Below, piece after piece: positions 26,901 through 38,997 of a DNA stretch of 64,000 bases. The position numbers were made by a program, and so were the translations under genes. The stretch is from Octopus bimaculoides. Taxonomy: Eukaryota. Below the pieces are notes generated by a model, which was not told the origin of the DNA, did no database searches, and saw only the letters and a list, made by a program, of their open reading frames with translations. Position 1 is the stretch's first letter. Each line of letters starts with the position of its first letter. The DNA is taken from positions 133,648,390 through 133,712,389 of the forward strand of contig NC_068984.1 of NCBI RefSeq assembly GCF_001194135.2, read 5' to 3'.

Positions 26901-27183
26901 TAGTCATGCCTTCCGAAAATCTATCGAGGCATATGAGGAGAAACTTTGCAATTGAATAAAAACTTGAGCTGAACTTTTACATTTATAGCCTAATCTTCTC
27001 TACGGAATACCTTCCACGCAACAAAAAAAACTGGGGGTTTTTTTTTTAATATAATAAAATTTTACTGTTGATACTTCTTTTTAACTAATTTTTATAGTGA
27101 ACAAAAATATTAACTCGAACTATTAAAATATAAATAAACTTTTGCAAAAGAGTCTCTAACTCTCGTCGATACGAGTGTGCATT

Positions 27184-27730
27184 CGGATCTTTTTTAAAAC
27201 GGTGGCCACATTTTTCATTAACGAAACACTTTGAAACTTGGAACACTGGTACAATGTGTCATATAAAACATCTTTTTCTCTTAGTCTTCTTTAAAAAAAA
27301 AAGAAATCCAGAAGTTATTCCATGTTAAAGTTGTCGTATTTCTGTAATTTCAACCAATCACTGACGTCCATTCAGCCGATATACATTAAGTGCCGACTAC
27401 ATAAACAAACGATTCTGAAACAATTAACCCTAACCCTATGGTTAGGGTTAAAGCAAATTTAAAATGAAAAAAGCAAATAAAACGAAGGTATGGAGATTAA
27501 ATACGCTTTACACCAAAGGAGTAAATATAAACAACTGACTACTTGTCAGTGATTGGTTGAAATTATCGAAATAAGACAATTTTTTACATGAAATAAATTC
27601 GAATACAAAAATATTTTTCTGTTCTATAACACAAAATAGATAAGTATACGAAGTTTGAAAGTCTTTCGGTACCAAAAACACTACGTAAAACATTAATGAA
27701 AAATGTGGCCCCCGTTTTAAAATAGATCCG
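27184..27730. mobile_element. Second MITE of the TAACCC-containing 6-bp-TSD family
   Basis: TGCATT|CGGATCTTTTTTAAAACGGTGGCCACA ... TGTGGCCCCCGTTTTAAAATAGATCCG|GGCATT (TSD 5/6). Internal segment ~27322-27368 matches ~21357-21405 in reverse complement. Contains AACCCTAACCCTATGGTTAGGGTT. Confidence 0.75.
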
Positions 27731-27995
27731 GGCATTCTTCTAAATCTCGAATTCTCTCGTTATTCCTTATTTCTCTATCAACGGTTCATTCTGTTATTGT
27801 TGTTTGTCTCATGTAAGTTCTTATTAACTATTTATTCTTGGTTTCTGTTGTCTATATGTTTGTTATACCTTATCTGTCCATTCAATGTTTAATAGCAGTT
27901 ATCTGAAGTAATTTAAAACGTGTTTACGAAACAAAATGCTCTCTTCACACCGCATTTCTTTACCACGTGCTTGTATATTAAACACCAGTTTACAT

Positions 27996-28040
<45 letters not shown>

Positions 28041-28095
28041 AAGCTGAGCCTCTTTGCTATCGTTCTATCTGCTAAAAATTACATATAGGTATATC

Positions 28096-28189
28096 GGCGG
28101 AGGTAAAGAATATGCACACCACCCGTTTTCGGCGTAACCCTAACCCTAAATGTCGAAAACGGGTGGTATGCGTTTTCGTCACCTTCGCC
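28096..28189. repeat. Imperfect ~38-bp hairpin with TAACCCTAACCCTAA loop
   Basis: GGCGGAGGTAAAGAATATGCACACCACCCGTTTTCGGC pairs with GTCGAAAACGGGTGGTATGCGTTTTCGTCACCTTCGCC. Confidence 0.7.
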
Positions 28190-29547
28190 CACTTGGACAA
28201 AACAATAGATTTTTCCTCTTTGTTCAGAGAGGGAAGGGCAGTGATCATGTTCCTTTATATTTTTAAAGGTTCTCCGTGACTGGTAGGAAGAAATAAGGAA
28301 GTTATCTTAAAATGGGACTCCTGTCCCGAACCTTAAAACAGAGTGAACTCTACTAAAGGTACCCAAGTACCAGGTGGTGGTGGTGCTAGGCGTTGTATAC
28401 TACCCAAAGGTTCAGAATGTAGAGACAGAACAACTAACAAAGCATCCCATCCTATGTTGTAACAATTCCGTCAATTTATTCTCATGGACTGGTTCTTTAG
28501 ATAATGAGCTTTCTAATTATGGGCATTTAATGATGGATAACGAAGGGAAACAAACTAAAAAGAGTAAATCAATGTGAAAGAAAATCAACCGTTAACAAGC
28601 TGTGATGATTGAAAATCGTCAGTAAAGTAAAACTATTACATTATCAAACTGGCGGTCTTTGGCTTTTAAGTACATATAACTGAGGAATTGATAAGGAAAG
28701 AAAATCAATTCCGGAAAGTACAGAATTGGACTTGGGTATCCCGAGTAAGCGAAACGAATATGTAAATGCTTAAAAGTCGGTTATTAAATGTCATTATTGT
28801 GGAGGCGCAATGGCCCAGTGGTTAGGGCAGCGGACTCGCGGTTTCGATTCCCAGACCAGGCGTTGTGAGTGTTTATTGAGCGAAAACACCTAGAGATCCA
28901 CGAGGCTCCGGCAGGGGATGGTGGCGAACCCTGCTGTACTCTTTCACCACAACTTTCTCTCACTCTTACTTCCTGTTTCTGTTGTGCCTGTAATTCAAAG
29001 GGTCGGCCTTGTCACGCTGAATATCCCTCGAGAACTACGTTAAGGATACACGTGTCTGTGGAGTGCTCAGCCACTTGCACGTTAATTTCACGAGCTGGCT
29101 GTTCCGTTGATCGGATCAACTGGAACCCTTGACGTCGTGAGCGACGGAGTGCCAACAACAACAAAATGTCATTATTATAAATTTCTTTTATTTGTGAACA
29201 GCCCAATTCTTTAAAGTTGTTATTAATGTGAAAAAAGAAACTGCTTCGATACTAGATATATCAGCATTAGGATGCTACTGAGAATATTGGTATTTTTTCT
29301 TTTCAAGTTACTCCTACTCCATCACACTTGTGATCAAAGCCCTTCCAGGTATGTCATCCCGACTTACAGAGCTTCCTTTTCAAGGCCAGGAAATATTTCA
29401 CTCTGAACTCCAACAACTACTAACTCTACAAAACTCAAGTGAGATCCACAGTGGGTACCCCTGCACTTAGGATGGGGCTTTAGCTAAACATACAAACATT
29501 GAAATTGCTCAGCAACACCCTCTAACTTCTGGTCTGAAGACATGTCT

Positions 29548-29596
<49 letters not shown>

Positions 29597-31639
29597 TGTG
29601 TGAGTGAGAATCTGCTTCCAAACCACATTTTTCAGGGTTCAGTCCCACTGGATAGCACCATCAGCAACTGTCTTCCACTATGACCCCAGGCCAGTCAAAG
29701 CCTTGTGTAGACAAAAAATTGAAAGACGCCCAACATATGTTTGTGTATATATATATATATGTATATATATATGTGTGTGTGTTTGTCTTCTTGTTTTGAC
29801 ATTGCATGAATTATAGTTGTAAATGATTGTCACTGTGATACAAGCAGTGTCATTTATTTCCAATATTCTGCAAGAACATGTCTGCCCATGAGGGAAATAT
29901 TACCCTGCTTGGAAACAGGTGAGGATTGCTAGCAAGAAGGACATCTGGCCATAGAAAATATGCCTCAATAAACTCCATTTGACCTATGCAAACATGGAAA
30001 AGTGATCATTAGAACAATGATGATAATGACTACAATGGGATTAGCCCTTGGAGCTGGTGGGTTACATGCCACCCTTACTCAGACAATTCCTCTTGTCAAT
30101 TAAATTCCAACCGCCACCTCAGACTCCATAGTAATCATTACCCTCCACTTTTTGTCCTTTTAATCCTAGAATGTCTGCCTTCTAGAATTTCACTTTTGCT
30201 TGTGTCTTTTCCTGCAGCTGTCAACTTGCAACTGTTCAAGAGGAATATTAACGGCTTCGATTTCACCAGTCTTCTGGAGTTTGTGAAAATAATAAGCACA
30301 GCTCCTTCCTCTAGACCAAACCATAAAAAAAAAAAAAACATGGATTCAACAAGGTAATTCTCTACACAATCACTAAATCTACTAAACATTTCCCTCAAAC
30401 CATATTATAACATCTTTAAAAAAAAAAGAGGACATGTCCTAAATATTTTTAAAACAATGGATTGATCATAATTGCAATGCTTTTAATCAGGGTTGACTTT
30501 CGTCAACAATATGTTCTTCCATTTTTGAGAGTGGGGCATAATTTAAGAGGGATGTAATTGCTATTTTCATTGAAGGTCATGTTTTCACATACCAGGCTTT
30601 GACTCATACATAGAAGGCTGTAAATAGAGAAAATTTGGCTTAATCTTGGTGTCTTAGATCATGGTTATTAATTCTCCTGTGTGGTCAGTATGGGAGAACA
30701 ATATTATGTCCATTTATCTTGTAAGAGTATTAAAATATGAAGAGAAGGTAAGCCCTTTTATAAATTAAAGCATTGAAAATTTTATTAATAGGGAGACAGG
30801 TTGATTGTCACAACTAACTAGCTTTGGTTGTTTTAAACTTGTAATGATTTTAAACTCAACAGTGAAAAGAGGGTACTGAATATTCTCGAATCTCATTATC
30901 TTCACATAGATCAAGTTATGTGCTTGATAGACAAAAACTTCATCACAATGAACAGTCTTCAGCTCATTCACATATTTTTCTTTGCCAATTTTACAGTTTT
31001 GACACCCAACAACACCTTGACATTCCCCTCTTGCTACCAATAATTTTTTTTTTGTTTTTACTGTACTAGACAACACACAGATTCTTTCCTTTGTCTTAAT
31101 TTCAGCCTTTTAACTTAAATAACTAACTCGTCTCCTGCACTGAAAAGGCATTAGGTTAAACGTAAGTTGGTGTTCAGATCCTGATGTGTACATATCCTCA
31201 TTTCTCTAGGCAAGACATTATATGATTCAGTCTAACTGAAGAACAAACACTCAGCTTTCTGGGGAGGTGCTATTATAGTCTAGCAACAGAGTAAATTGGG
31301 CTTTTATTTGCTTAATGTTGCAATATATCCAAATGAGTCACTGGTTTTGTGTATGCTTGACTTCATGACAAACAGCACTTAAGCTCTTTCTTTTGGGCAA
31401 CAAAACAATTTTTGTGATCAAATAGATGAAAAATCATTTTGCCAATAAATACAAGTCATCATAAGTTTTGAATTAAAATCTTCCACCAAACCTTGGTCAC
31501 AATTTATGTTCCTAACACTAGCTGAAGTTATTTTACTAAATTCTTTGTTATATTTAAAGTAATTGAAAGAAATACAGAGCATCTCAAAATGAATACAGTA
31601 TCAAAAGCGTTAATGCCTGTTTTTTGTACTTGCATAGGT

Positions 31640-32560
31640 TGGGTGAGTTTTCCAGTACACTGTGTTGCCACTTAATCATTTGTCACCTCCTTCATGAGTT
31701 CAGTCTCCTGAGATTACCATTCATTGCCTTTTCCATGTTTTCCTTCATTTTCTGCAAGTTCTGTCCACTTGGAATTCTTGACATCTTTTTATTCAAATAT
31801 CATCATCCATATGAATTACATGTCTGTATCATTGCAGTTTTCTCCTTAGCTCAGTGCATCTGATTCCAGTTTTTTCCCCCCAGTTGATTTAAGCTCTTTT
31901 GCACATGCATACTACTAACATAACACTTCCAGTGAAGCATATTCAACTAATTTTTTTCCATCTTCTCATCCTCTACTATTCAATGCTGTGTTTCACTACC
32001 ATGCCCTATCACATCAAGTACACAAGCCCCATACAATCTGCCCCTCACTCAGAGATTTTCTTTGTTGGCAGTAGAGGTCATAGCTCCATTTCTTACTCTG
32101 GCTATGTCTTTGGTGCACCCACTTTCACAGCTGTTTAGATCACCTAGGTAGTTAACAGATGCTACCAACTATTTCTACAGATCCCTCTGAGCATAGGAAA
32201 TATTTTATTTTATAGCTTTTTTTACTGCTAATTATTCCTGTAATTTCTCCTTCATACAATGTCCTCTATGAGCCTGCCTGTAATCTCACTGCATTTCCTA
32301 CTCACTTTTAGTTCACATTAGCTACACTGTGTAACATTCCTACTTTTTTACTGTATATTGAGCTTGTTCCCTTCCCAGATGGCAATAATTTTATCTTCAT
32401 TACTGTCAATGTAAACAATATCTTTGCTTAGTTTTAGATTTTGCTTCCAAATTCAAATTTTCTTCTATGATTCTATAATTCTTTCTGAAGGATATCTAGC
32501 CAAAGAAACCATATCCAAGTAAATATTGGAGCTTAGCACAGTCATCTGGTTTGCCAACTT
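31640..32560 (-). mobile_element. Heavily decayed RTE-type LINE RT C-terminal fragment
   Basis: Broken frames resembling PLLTTKGLSLRVKGRLY...LREKLGIR. The same family is better preserved at ~51500-51920. Confidence 0.5.
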
Positions 32561-32875
32561 CTTTTGAACTGTTCAACCCATGCCAGCATCCAAGATGGAT
32601 CTTATGTGGTGATAGTGATGATGATTCAGCTACAAACACTGGGTCATCATATTAAAATAATCAGATGATATTACAGCTAACAAGAAAAGTACTGAATAGT
32701 GATTTGAGACAATCTTCAGTGAATGTAGTTTTTTTTCTTGTAGTTTTGCTTTCCATTTATTTGTATTATTTCTTTGTCTTACGTTAGTTTAAGAATGTAA
32801 TGAGTATTTGCTAATTTGCTTACTATGATCATTTAATAAGTGATTATTGATTTGTCTTATTACAGAGATCAGTCA

Positions 32876-35603
32876 ATGGAGCAACAAAATAAAGACAGTA
32901 ACCAGGCAGCTGCAAGAAAAAGTGCCATGATTTATATATGTGGAGGTAAGTTAGTATTGAGATTACTCTTATTAATTCACATTGTTTCAAATTGATCATG
33001 CAATTATTTTGTAACTTTGAAATGATGATGATGTGATTATATTTTTAGAATAACATTAGAGGGTTGGTGTAAGTGGAATTTTGTCCGACTTCAGATTCTG
33101 AGTTCAAATTCTGTGAAAGTCAGCTTTGCCTTTCATATTTTCGGGGTTGATAAAATAAGTACCAGTTGAACTATGGGGTTGATGTAATCTACTTACCCCC
33201 TCCCTCAAAATTGCTGCCTTGTGCCAAAATTTGAAATCAGTATTGATTCTAAGTTTTGTTTCAAAGCCTTTTCTATAATTCAACAAAATGTTTCTTGTTT
33301 TACTTGTAGAATGCCATCAGGAAAATGAAATCAAAGCCAGAGATCCAATTCGTTGTCGAGAATGTGGTTACAGAATTATGTACAAGAAACGAACAACAAG
33401 AAGTATCCTTTTAAATTTGAGATGGGTCTGGATGGCTTACAGAATACCTGATTTTAGGTAACACTTGGTAATAACTAAAATCAAAACGTGTAGAGCATCA
33501 CTTTGCAGTAATTGGGTATCTTTCTGGGCGAATATTTTTTTACTTTCTACTTGTTTCGGTTATTGGACTGTGGCCATACTGTTGACTCCAGTACTAATTT
33601 TAAATATCTAGTACTTATTGTATTGATCTCTTTTGCTGAAATGTTAGGTTATGAGGATGTGAACAAACCAACACCTGTTGTCAAGCAATAGTGAGCACAA
33701 ATACCTCCACACCCGGATAAGACGGACGATGAGTCTTCTATAGTTTCTGTCTATCAAATTCATTCATAGCACTTGTGAGCCCAGGGTTTATAGTAGACAC
33801 TTGATCAAGGTACTGTGCAGTGGTACTGAACCTGAAACCACGTAGCTGCAAAGCAAGCGTCTTAGCTACACAGCCATTCGTTCTTTCAGAAGTGAGCAGT
33901 GTCAGTAGCATTGTACTGTGTCAGAAACAAATGAAATGAAATTTTAAGGCAGCGAGCTGGCAGAAACGTTAGCACGCCGGACGAAATGCGGTATTTCGTC
34001 TGCCATTACGTTTTGAGTTCAAATTCTGCTGAGGTTGACTTTGCCTTTCATTCATTCAGGATCGATAAAATTAATTACTAGTTACGCACTGGGGTCGATG
34101 TAATCGACTTAATCCCTTTGTCTGTCCTTGTTAGTCCCCTCTAGGTTTAGCCCCTTGTGGGCAATAAACAAATGAAATGATACTTATTCATTTTCCTTCC
34201 AAGGTTACAAAGTTGAGCCTAATTAAACCAGTCTCTACATGTAACCTAGCAAAGAAAAAGATCACATAACTATCATTTTATTTATTCGACATGTTACAGT
34301 AGAACATGTAAGAGAAGAGTATAATTTGATGGCTTTGACATTAATATTTACTGTGGCTGTGTGATAAGTAGCTTGCTTACCAACCACATGGTTACGGGTT
34401 CAGTCCCACTGCATGGCACCTTTAGCAAGTGTCTTCTACTATAGCCTCGGGCCGACCAAAGCCTTGTGAGTGGATTTGGTAGACGGAAACTTAAAGAAGC
34501 CCGTCGTGTATATATATATATATATATATTTGTGTGTCTGTTTGTCCCCCCCAACATCACTTGACAACCGATGCTGGTGTGTTTACGTCCCCGTAACTTA
34601 GCAGTTCGGCAAAACAGACCGATAGAATAAGTACTAGGCTTCCAAAGAATAAGTCCTGGGGTCGATTTCCTCGACTAAAGGCGGTGCTCCAGCATGGCCG
34701 CAGTCAAATGACTGAAACAAGTAAAAGAGTACACCTCTGATCGTGAATGAAAAAAATCAAAAAAAAAAAATCGAGATTCAAAGGGACACAACCTAGTACT
34801 GTAATATATTTAGTGCTATGCTCAGCTGTTAGTTTAATGGTTGACCTTCAATATCAATACTAATTAGAATTTCTTTACTTTTAATGGATGTGTCTTTCAC
34901 TTTTACCAGTTTTGCAGAAACAATTGATCCCGATTATTTCATTTGTTCTTTGCGATTTTGAGAAACCTGTGACTAAGATCACATTTTGAAGGTTTTTCAC
35001 TGCACAATAAACTGATGTGTAAGTTTACAGAAAGTTTTAGGTCATCTGTCTTTTGCTAATTTCTTACTCAATCCAACTTAACCATTGATCGTAAAAGTTA
35101 GTTCTTGTCGACACATTTAATGCACTGAACCATAAAAAACAATAATTATGCAGAGATGGAAAACATATTTGACTTCATTAATGAAACCTAGTCTAAGTAC
35201 AAGTTGAATGTCATTTGTTCCTTCTCGAGCCATGCCTGGCTCATAAGGGCCGGTTTTATTGGTGTGTAAGTTCCCCACCTGGACTGGTGCCTGTCCATCG
35301 CAGGTGAGCTGCTAGTTGCAGGAGGAAAGAGTGAGAAAGTTGTGGCAAAAGAATCAGCAGAAGTTCGCCATTACCTTCTGCCGGAGCCACATGGAACTTA
35401 GATATTTCACTCATAAACATCTGCCTGGTTTGAGATTCGAACCTGCAATCCCTTGACCGTGAGTTTGCTGCTCTAACCAATAGGCCATGTACCTCCACAC
35501 AAGTTGATTGCTATTGTATATCAGGTAAAAAATCAGCTTTTTAAATGATTTCCAAAGTTATGAACCTTAACCCTGTTCAGTGATTGTGTTTGATGCTCGG
35601 TAA
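32876..35603 (+). CDS. POLR2K: DNA-directed RNA polymerases I, II and III subunit RPABC4 (RPB12); join(32876..32945,33310..33402,35581..35603), 61 aa
   Basis: [67 protein letters not shown]...[16 protein letters not shown]...VFDAR is the RPB12 zinc-ribbon signature. Splice phases are consistent. AATAAA at ~35648. The non-coding first exon was not located with certainty. Confidence 0.97.
33403..35580 (+). other. U12-type (minor spliceosome) GT-AG intron of POLR2K
   Basis: 5' splice site GTATCCTTTT is the U12 consensus. Branch point AACCTTAAC (~35563-35571) lies about 10 nt before the CAG acceptor, with no long pyrimidine tract. Confidence 0.9.
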
Positions 35604-36596
35604 CCAGAGAAGGATTCTTTTGCAGCTTCATTTGTAAATAGCCTTGAATAAAGCCATGTATATATAATTTTCATTTACTCAGTTTTGTTATTCATTTTTG
35701 TTGGAAACTTCTTAAATAAGATCAATCGACGATGGTTCCATATCTGTTATTTCAAGCAAACGGTCTAACATTTAGGACAACACATTTTTATTTTTTTTAA
35801 CCTGTCTAATTTCTAGTGTCAGCTGCAATCTCAGGTCAGGTAAAATTTTCCCCCATCACTCCTGAAGATTTTATTTAATGTAATTTATGCACCCCTAAAG
35901 TTTATTTTAATTCTTGTGAGAAAAATGCATAAATTACATGGGTTTTTAGGGTATATCACATTGGAGAAAAACAAGGCACCATGTTCATATAGATTCATCA
36001 TTTATTTACCAAATTGGAAGTTGTGAGAATTATAAAGTAATTCACAGCAAAAATAGGTTTTCTGTTCTTTAAACCTCTTTGATGTTTAAGATGGACTTAT
36101 ATTCACAAGATAGACCAGCTTTCTGTAATAAAGATAAAAAAAGTTTCAATGAATAATGAAAAATATTAAATGTTTAACCCTTTTACAATATTTCTATTGA
36201 AATATACTTTGTTGCGATTAATTTTGAAAAGTGTAATTCTGAGGTTTTAATTGAGATCACTTTGTATCATAGAACCAAGAACAACCTCATCTGGGTTAGT
36301 GTCAAAAGCGTTGACTAATTTGTACACATTTTTCACATGAATAAATCAACTTTTTGTGCGGCAATAAATTTTTAAAATAACAGAAAAAAACAGGTTCTAG
36401 AGTTTGAGATACAAAAGTATTGCAGAAAACTGGTGGTTTTAACTTCTGGATCTTTATTTATGCAATGAAATTTCAGCTTAGAGGAAATTTTAGATTATAA
36501 TACAGTTGGTTAATTTGGGACAAAGTGTTTCATAGCAGAAAGACTCAACCTGAAGACTATGTAACATTTAATGATTTCATGTTTAGCATAAGAATA

Positions 36597-36707
36597 AACT
36601 CGCTCAGTTTTAACTTTTCTTCAATGAGAGCCAGTGGCATTTACTGACAGCAGGCAACTGTCTGCACACGGCACCATCAGACGCAAATTACCACATCATT
36701 GCAAGTT
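36597..36707 (-). ncRNA. SNORD16: C/D box snoRNA U16 (SNORD16), copy 1
   Basis: Minus strand AACTTGC-AATGATGT(C box)-GGTAATTTGCG-T-CTGA(D')...CAGTTGCCTGCTGTCAGTAA...CTGA(D)-GCGAGTT terminal stem. The guide is complementary to the conserved 18S segment CGCAAATTACC. It matches my recollection of vertebrate U16 (GCAATGATGTCGTAATTTGCGTCTTA...ACAGTTGCCTGCTGTCAGTAAG...CTGAGCA). Confidence 0.9.
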
Positions 36708-37505
36708 AGCATCAGGTTTAAACACAACACAGGCATCAATGTAATCGGTATCTCATCAGTTGTCATGGTTACAATAAACAGGCTTGCTTTTGGTGAGAAA
36801 AAGTAAGAGAAAAATAAAACCATATGGATCATTTGCTACTAAACAATTATCATTACTTCTACTGAATATAGTTATGGTGGGCAGTGTAAGTCATAACATC
36901 CTATGTGACATGAATTCACCGGCCAGCACATTTATCACTCAGTCTTATGCCACCAGAATTGAACCACTCATATTTATATTCAAAGGAAGATATGAACTCT
37001 AATCTAGAGAAAGAAACTTTAATCCCTTCACCATTTATTCACATTTTGTAATGTCCACCATTAAAATTGATCTGAATATTGCTGAATTTTTGCAATTTAG
37101 TTTGGATATTATCTTTTCATCAAAACTTCTATGCATACTTGACTATGTTGTTTCTGAAGGGACAAAATTAGTTTACCTGCAAATCTTACTAAAAAAAAAG
37201 GTCAGGAGAAAACCTTTTTTTATTTTATGATGTCCATGTCGCTAATTGCAATTAATTTATTACTAAGACCCATCAAGCTGAGCAAATTCACAGTTGTGGC
37301 AGATACCAGAGTCACGCAGATTTAACATTGTGGCAGATACCAGAGTGGTTAGCGTTCCAATTTTCAAAATAATCTAACCTCAAGTAAATACACTATAGGC
37401 ATTTAAATAAACAAACCTATTTCTTTTTTAGTTATTTTCAACTCAATCATTACAGGACTGAGGTTTTGACTTGGAAGATTTTCAACAAGATGGTAATAGT
37501 AAATA

Positions 37506-37616
37506 AACCTGCTCAGTTTTAACTTATCTTCAATGAGAGCCAGAGGCATTTACTGACAGCAGGCAGCTGTCTGCACACTGCACCATCAGACGCAAATTAC
37601 CACATCATTGCAAGTT
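37506..37616 (-). ncRNA. SNORD16: C/D box snoRNA U16 (SNORD16), copy 2
   Basis: Same boxes and guide as copy 1. Variants: CAGCTGCC, CCTCTGG. Confidence 0.9.
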
Positions 37617-38129
37617 TGATCACCTTCAAACACTACATAGATAATGTGTTATGTAAATGTAATTAAACGGTAAGCTATTGTAGTAATGATATTATGTAAA
37701 CTACAATGACAGCAAAACTTTGTCTACACTCAAGCTTAATCCTTCTTTTGCTGGTTACTATTATGGTAAATAAAGATTATGCAAATTTGTTTATTCCCTT
37801 GCACCACATAAAACTAGAGTTTAGTAAAGTATCATGATAATTTTGTTTGCTTTCCATGCTGGTATGGGTTGAACAACTTTTAGAGATTGTGTTATACAGC
37901 CAGAAGCCTTTGTAATAAACTTCTTACAACGTACATCAGGCTAAACTCTAAATTATTAAAATACAAGAATAAACTTTCCATATTACATAAATTTAAAAAA
38001 TTAATTTTTCAGTTTAAATTAGATTATGCAAATAGTTTCAAATGGTTAAATTTGGGATGAGATGGCTGGTATTGAAAGGTTACTCTGAAAATTACATAAC
38101 ATTTATGCTTAAGTAGACACATTTATATA

Positions 38130-38240
38130 AACTCGCTCAGTTTTAACTTTTCTTCAATGAGAGCCAGTGGCATTTACTGACAGCAGGCAACTGTCTGCAC
38201 ACTGCACCATCAGACGCAAATTACCACATCATTGCAAGTT
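38130..38240 (-). ncRNA. SNORD16: C/D box snoRNA U16 (SNORD16), copy 3
   Basis: Nearly identical to copy 1. Confidence 0.9.
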
Positions 38241-38886
38241 AGCATCAGGTTTAAACACAACACAGGCATCAATGTAATCGGTATCTCATCAGTTGTCATG
38301 GTTACAATAAACAGGCTTGCTTTTGGTGAGAAAAAGTAAGAGAAAAATAAAACCATATGGATCATTTGCTACTAAACAATTATCATTACTTCTACTGAAT
38401 ATAGTTATGGTGGGCAGTGTAAGTCATAACATCCTATGTGACATGAATTCACCGGCCAGCACATTTATCACTCAGTCTTATGCCACCAGAATTGAACCAC
38501 TCATATTTATATTCAAAGGAAGATAGGAACTCTAATCTAGAGAAAGAAACTTTAATCCCTTCACCAACCTTTTTTTTATTTTATGATGTCCATGCCACTA
38601 ATTGCAATTAATTTATTACTAAGACCCATCAAGCTGAGCAAAATCACAGCTGTGGCAGATACCAGAGTCACGCAAATTGGCACCTGTGCCGGTGTCATGC
38701 AAATGGCACCCATTACACTCTCAGAGTGGTTGATGTTCCAATTTTCAAAATAATCTAACCTCAAGTAAACACACTATAGGTATTTAAATAAACAAACCTA
38801 TTTCTTTTTTAGTTATTTTCAGCTCAATCATTACAGGACTGAGGTTTTGACTTGGAAGATTTTCAACAAGATGGTAATAGTAAATA

Positions 38887-38997
38887 AACTTGCTCAGTTT
38901 TAACTTATCTTCAATGAGAGCCAGAGGCATTTACTGACAGCAGGCAGCTGTCTGCACACTGCACCATCAGACGCAAATTACCACATCATTGCAAGTT
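38887..38997 (-). ncRNA. SNORD16: C/D box snoRNA U16 (SNORD16), copy 4
   Basis: Nearly identical to copy 2, with a perfect AACTTGC/GCAAGTT terminal stem. Confidence 0.9.

Noticed and set aside
3000-27000. FBXO43/Emi-like gene divergent from POLR2K, by analogy with human synteny
   Set aside because: I found no F-box or ZBR cysteine pattern in either strand.
30765-31076. 103-aa minus-strand ORF MLSSTVKTKKK...
   Set aside because: It starts at TTG, has no recognisable motif or convincing splice sites, and is probably antisense in the POLR2K 5' intron.
36712-36762. Second C/D snoRNA next to U16 copies 1 and 3 (CTGATGA...CTGA on the minus strand)
   Set aside because: It is under 50 nt between the boxes, has no terminal stem and no recognisable guide.
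37431-37493. Plus-strand exon-like segment (tttcttttttag|...ATG|GTAATA), repeated at ~38812
   Set aside because: It is antisense to the U16 copies and has no coding support. It could be chance or POLR2K read-through, and is not supportable here.
36784-38526. Duplicated + strand ORFs MLLVRKSKRK... (36784-37002, 38317-38526)
   Set aside because: They start at TTG, have no recognisable domain and lie antisense in the snoRNA spacer. They recur only because of the tandem duplication.
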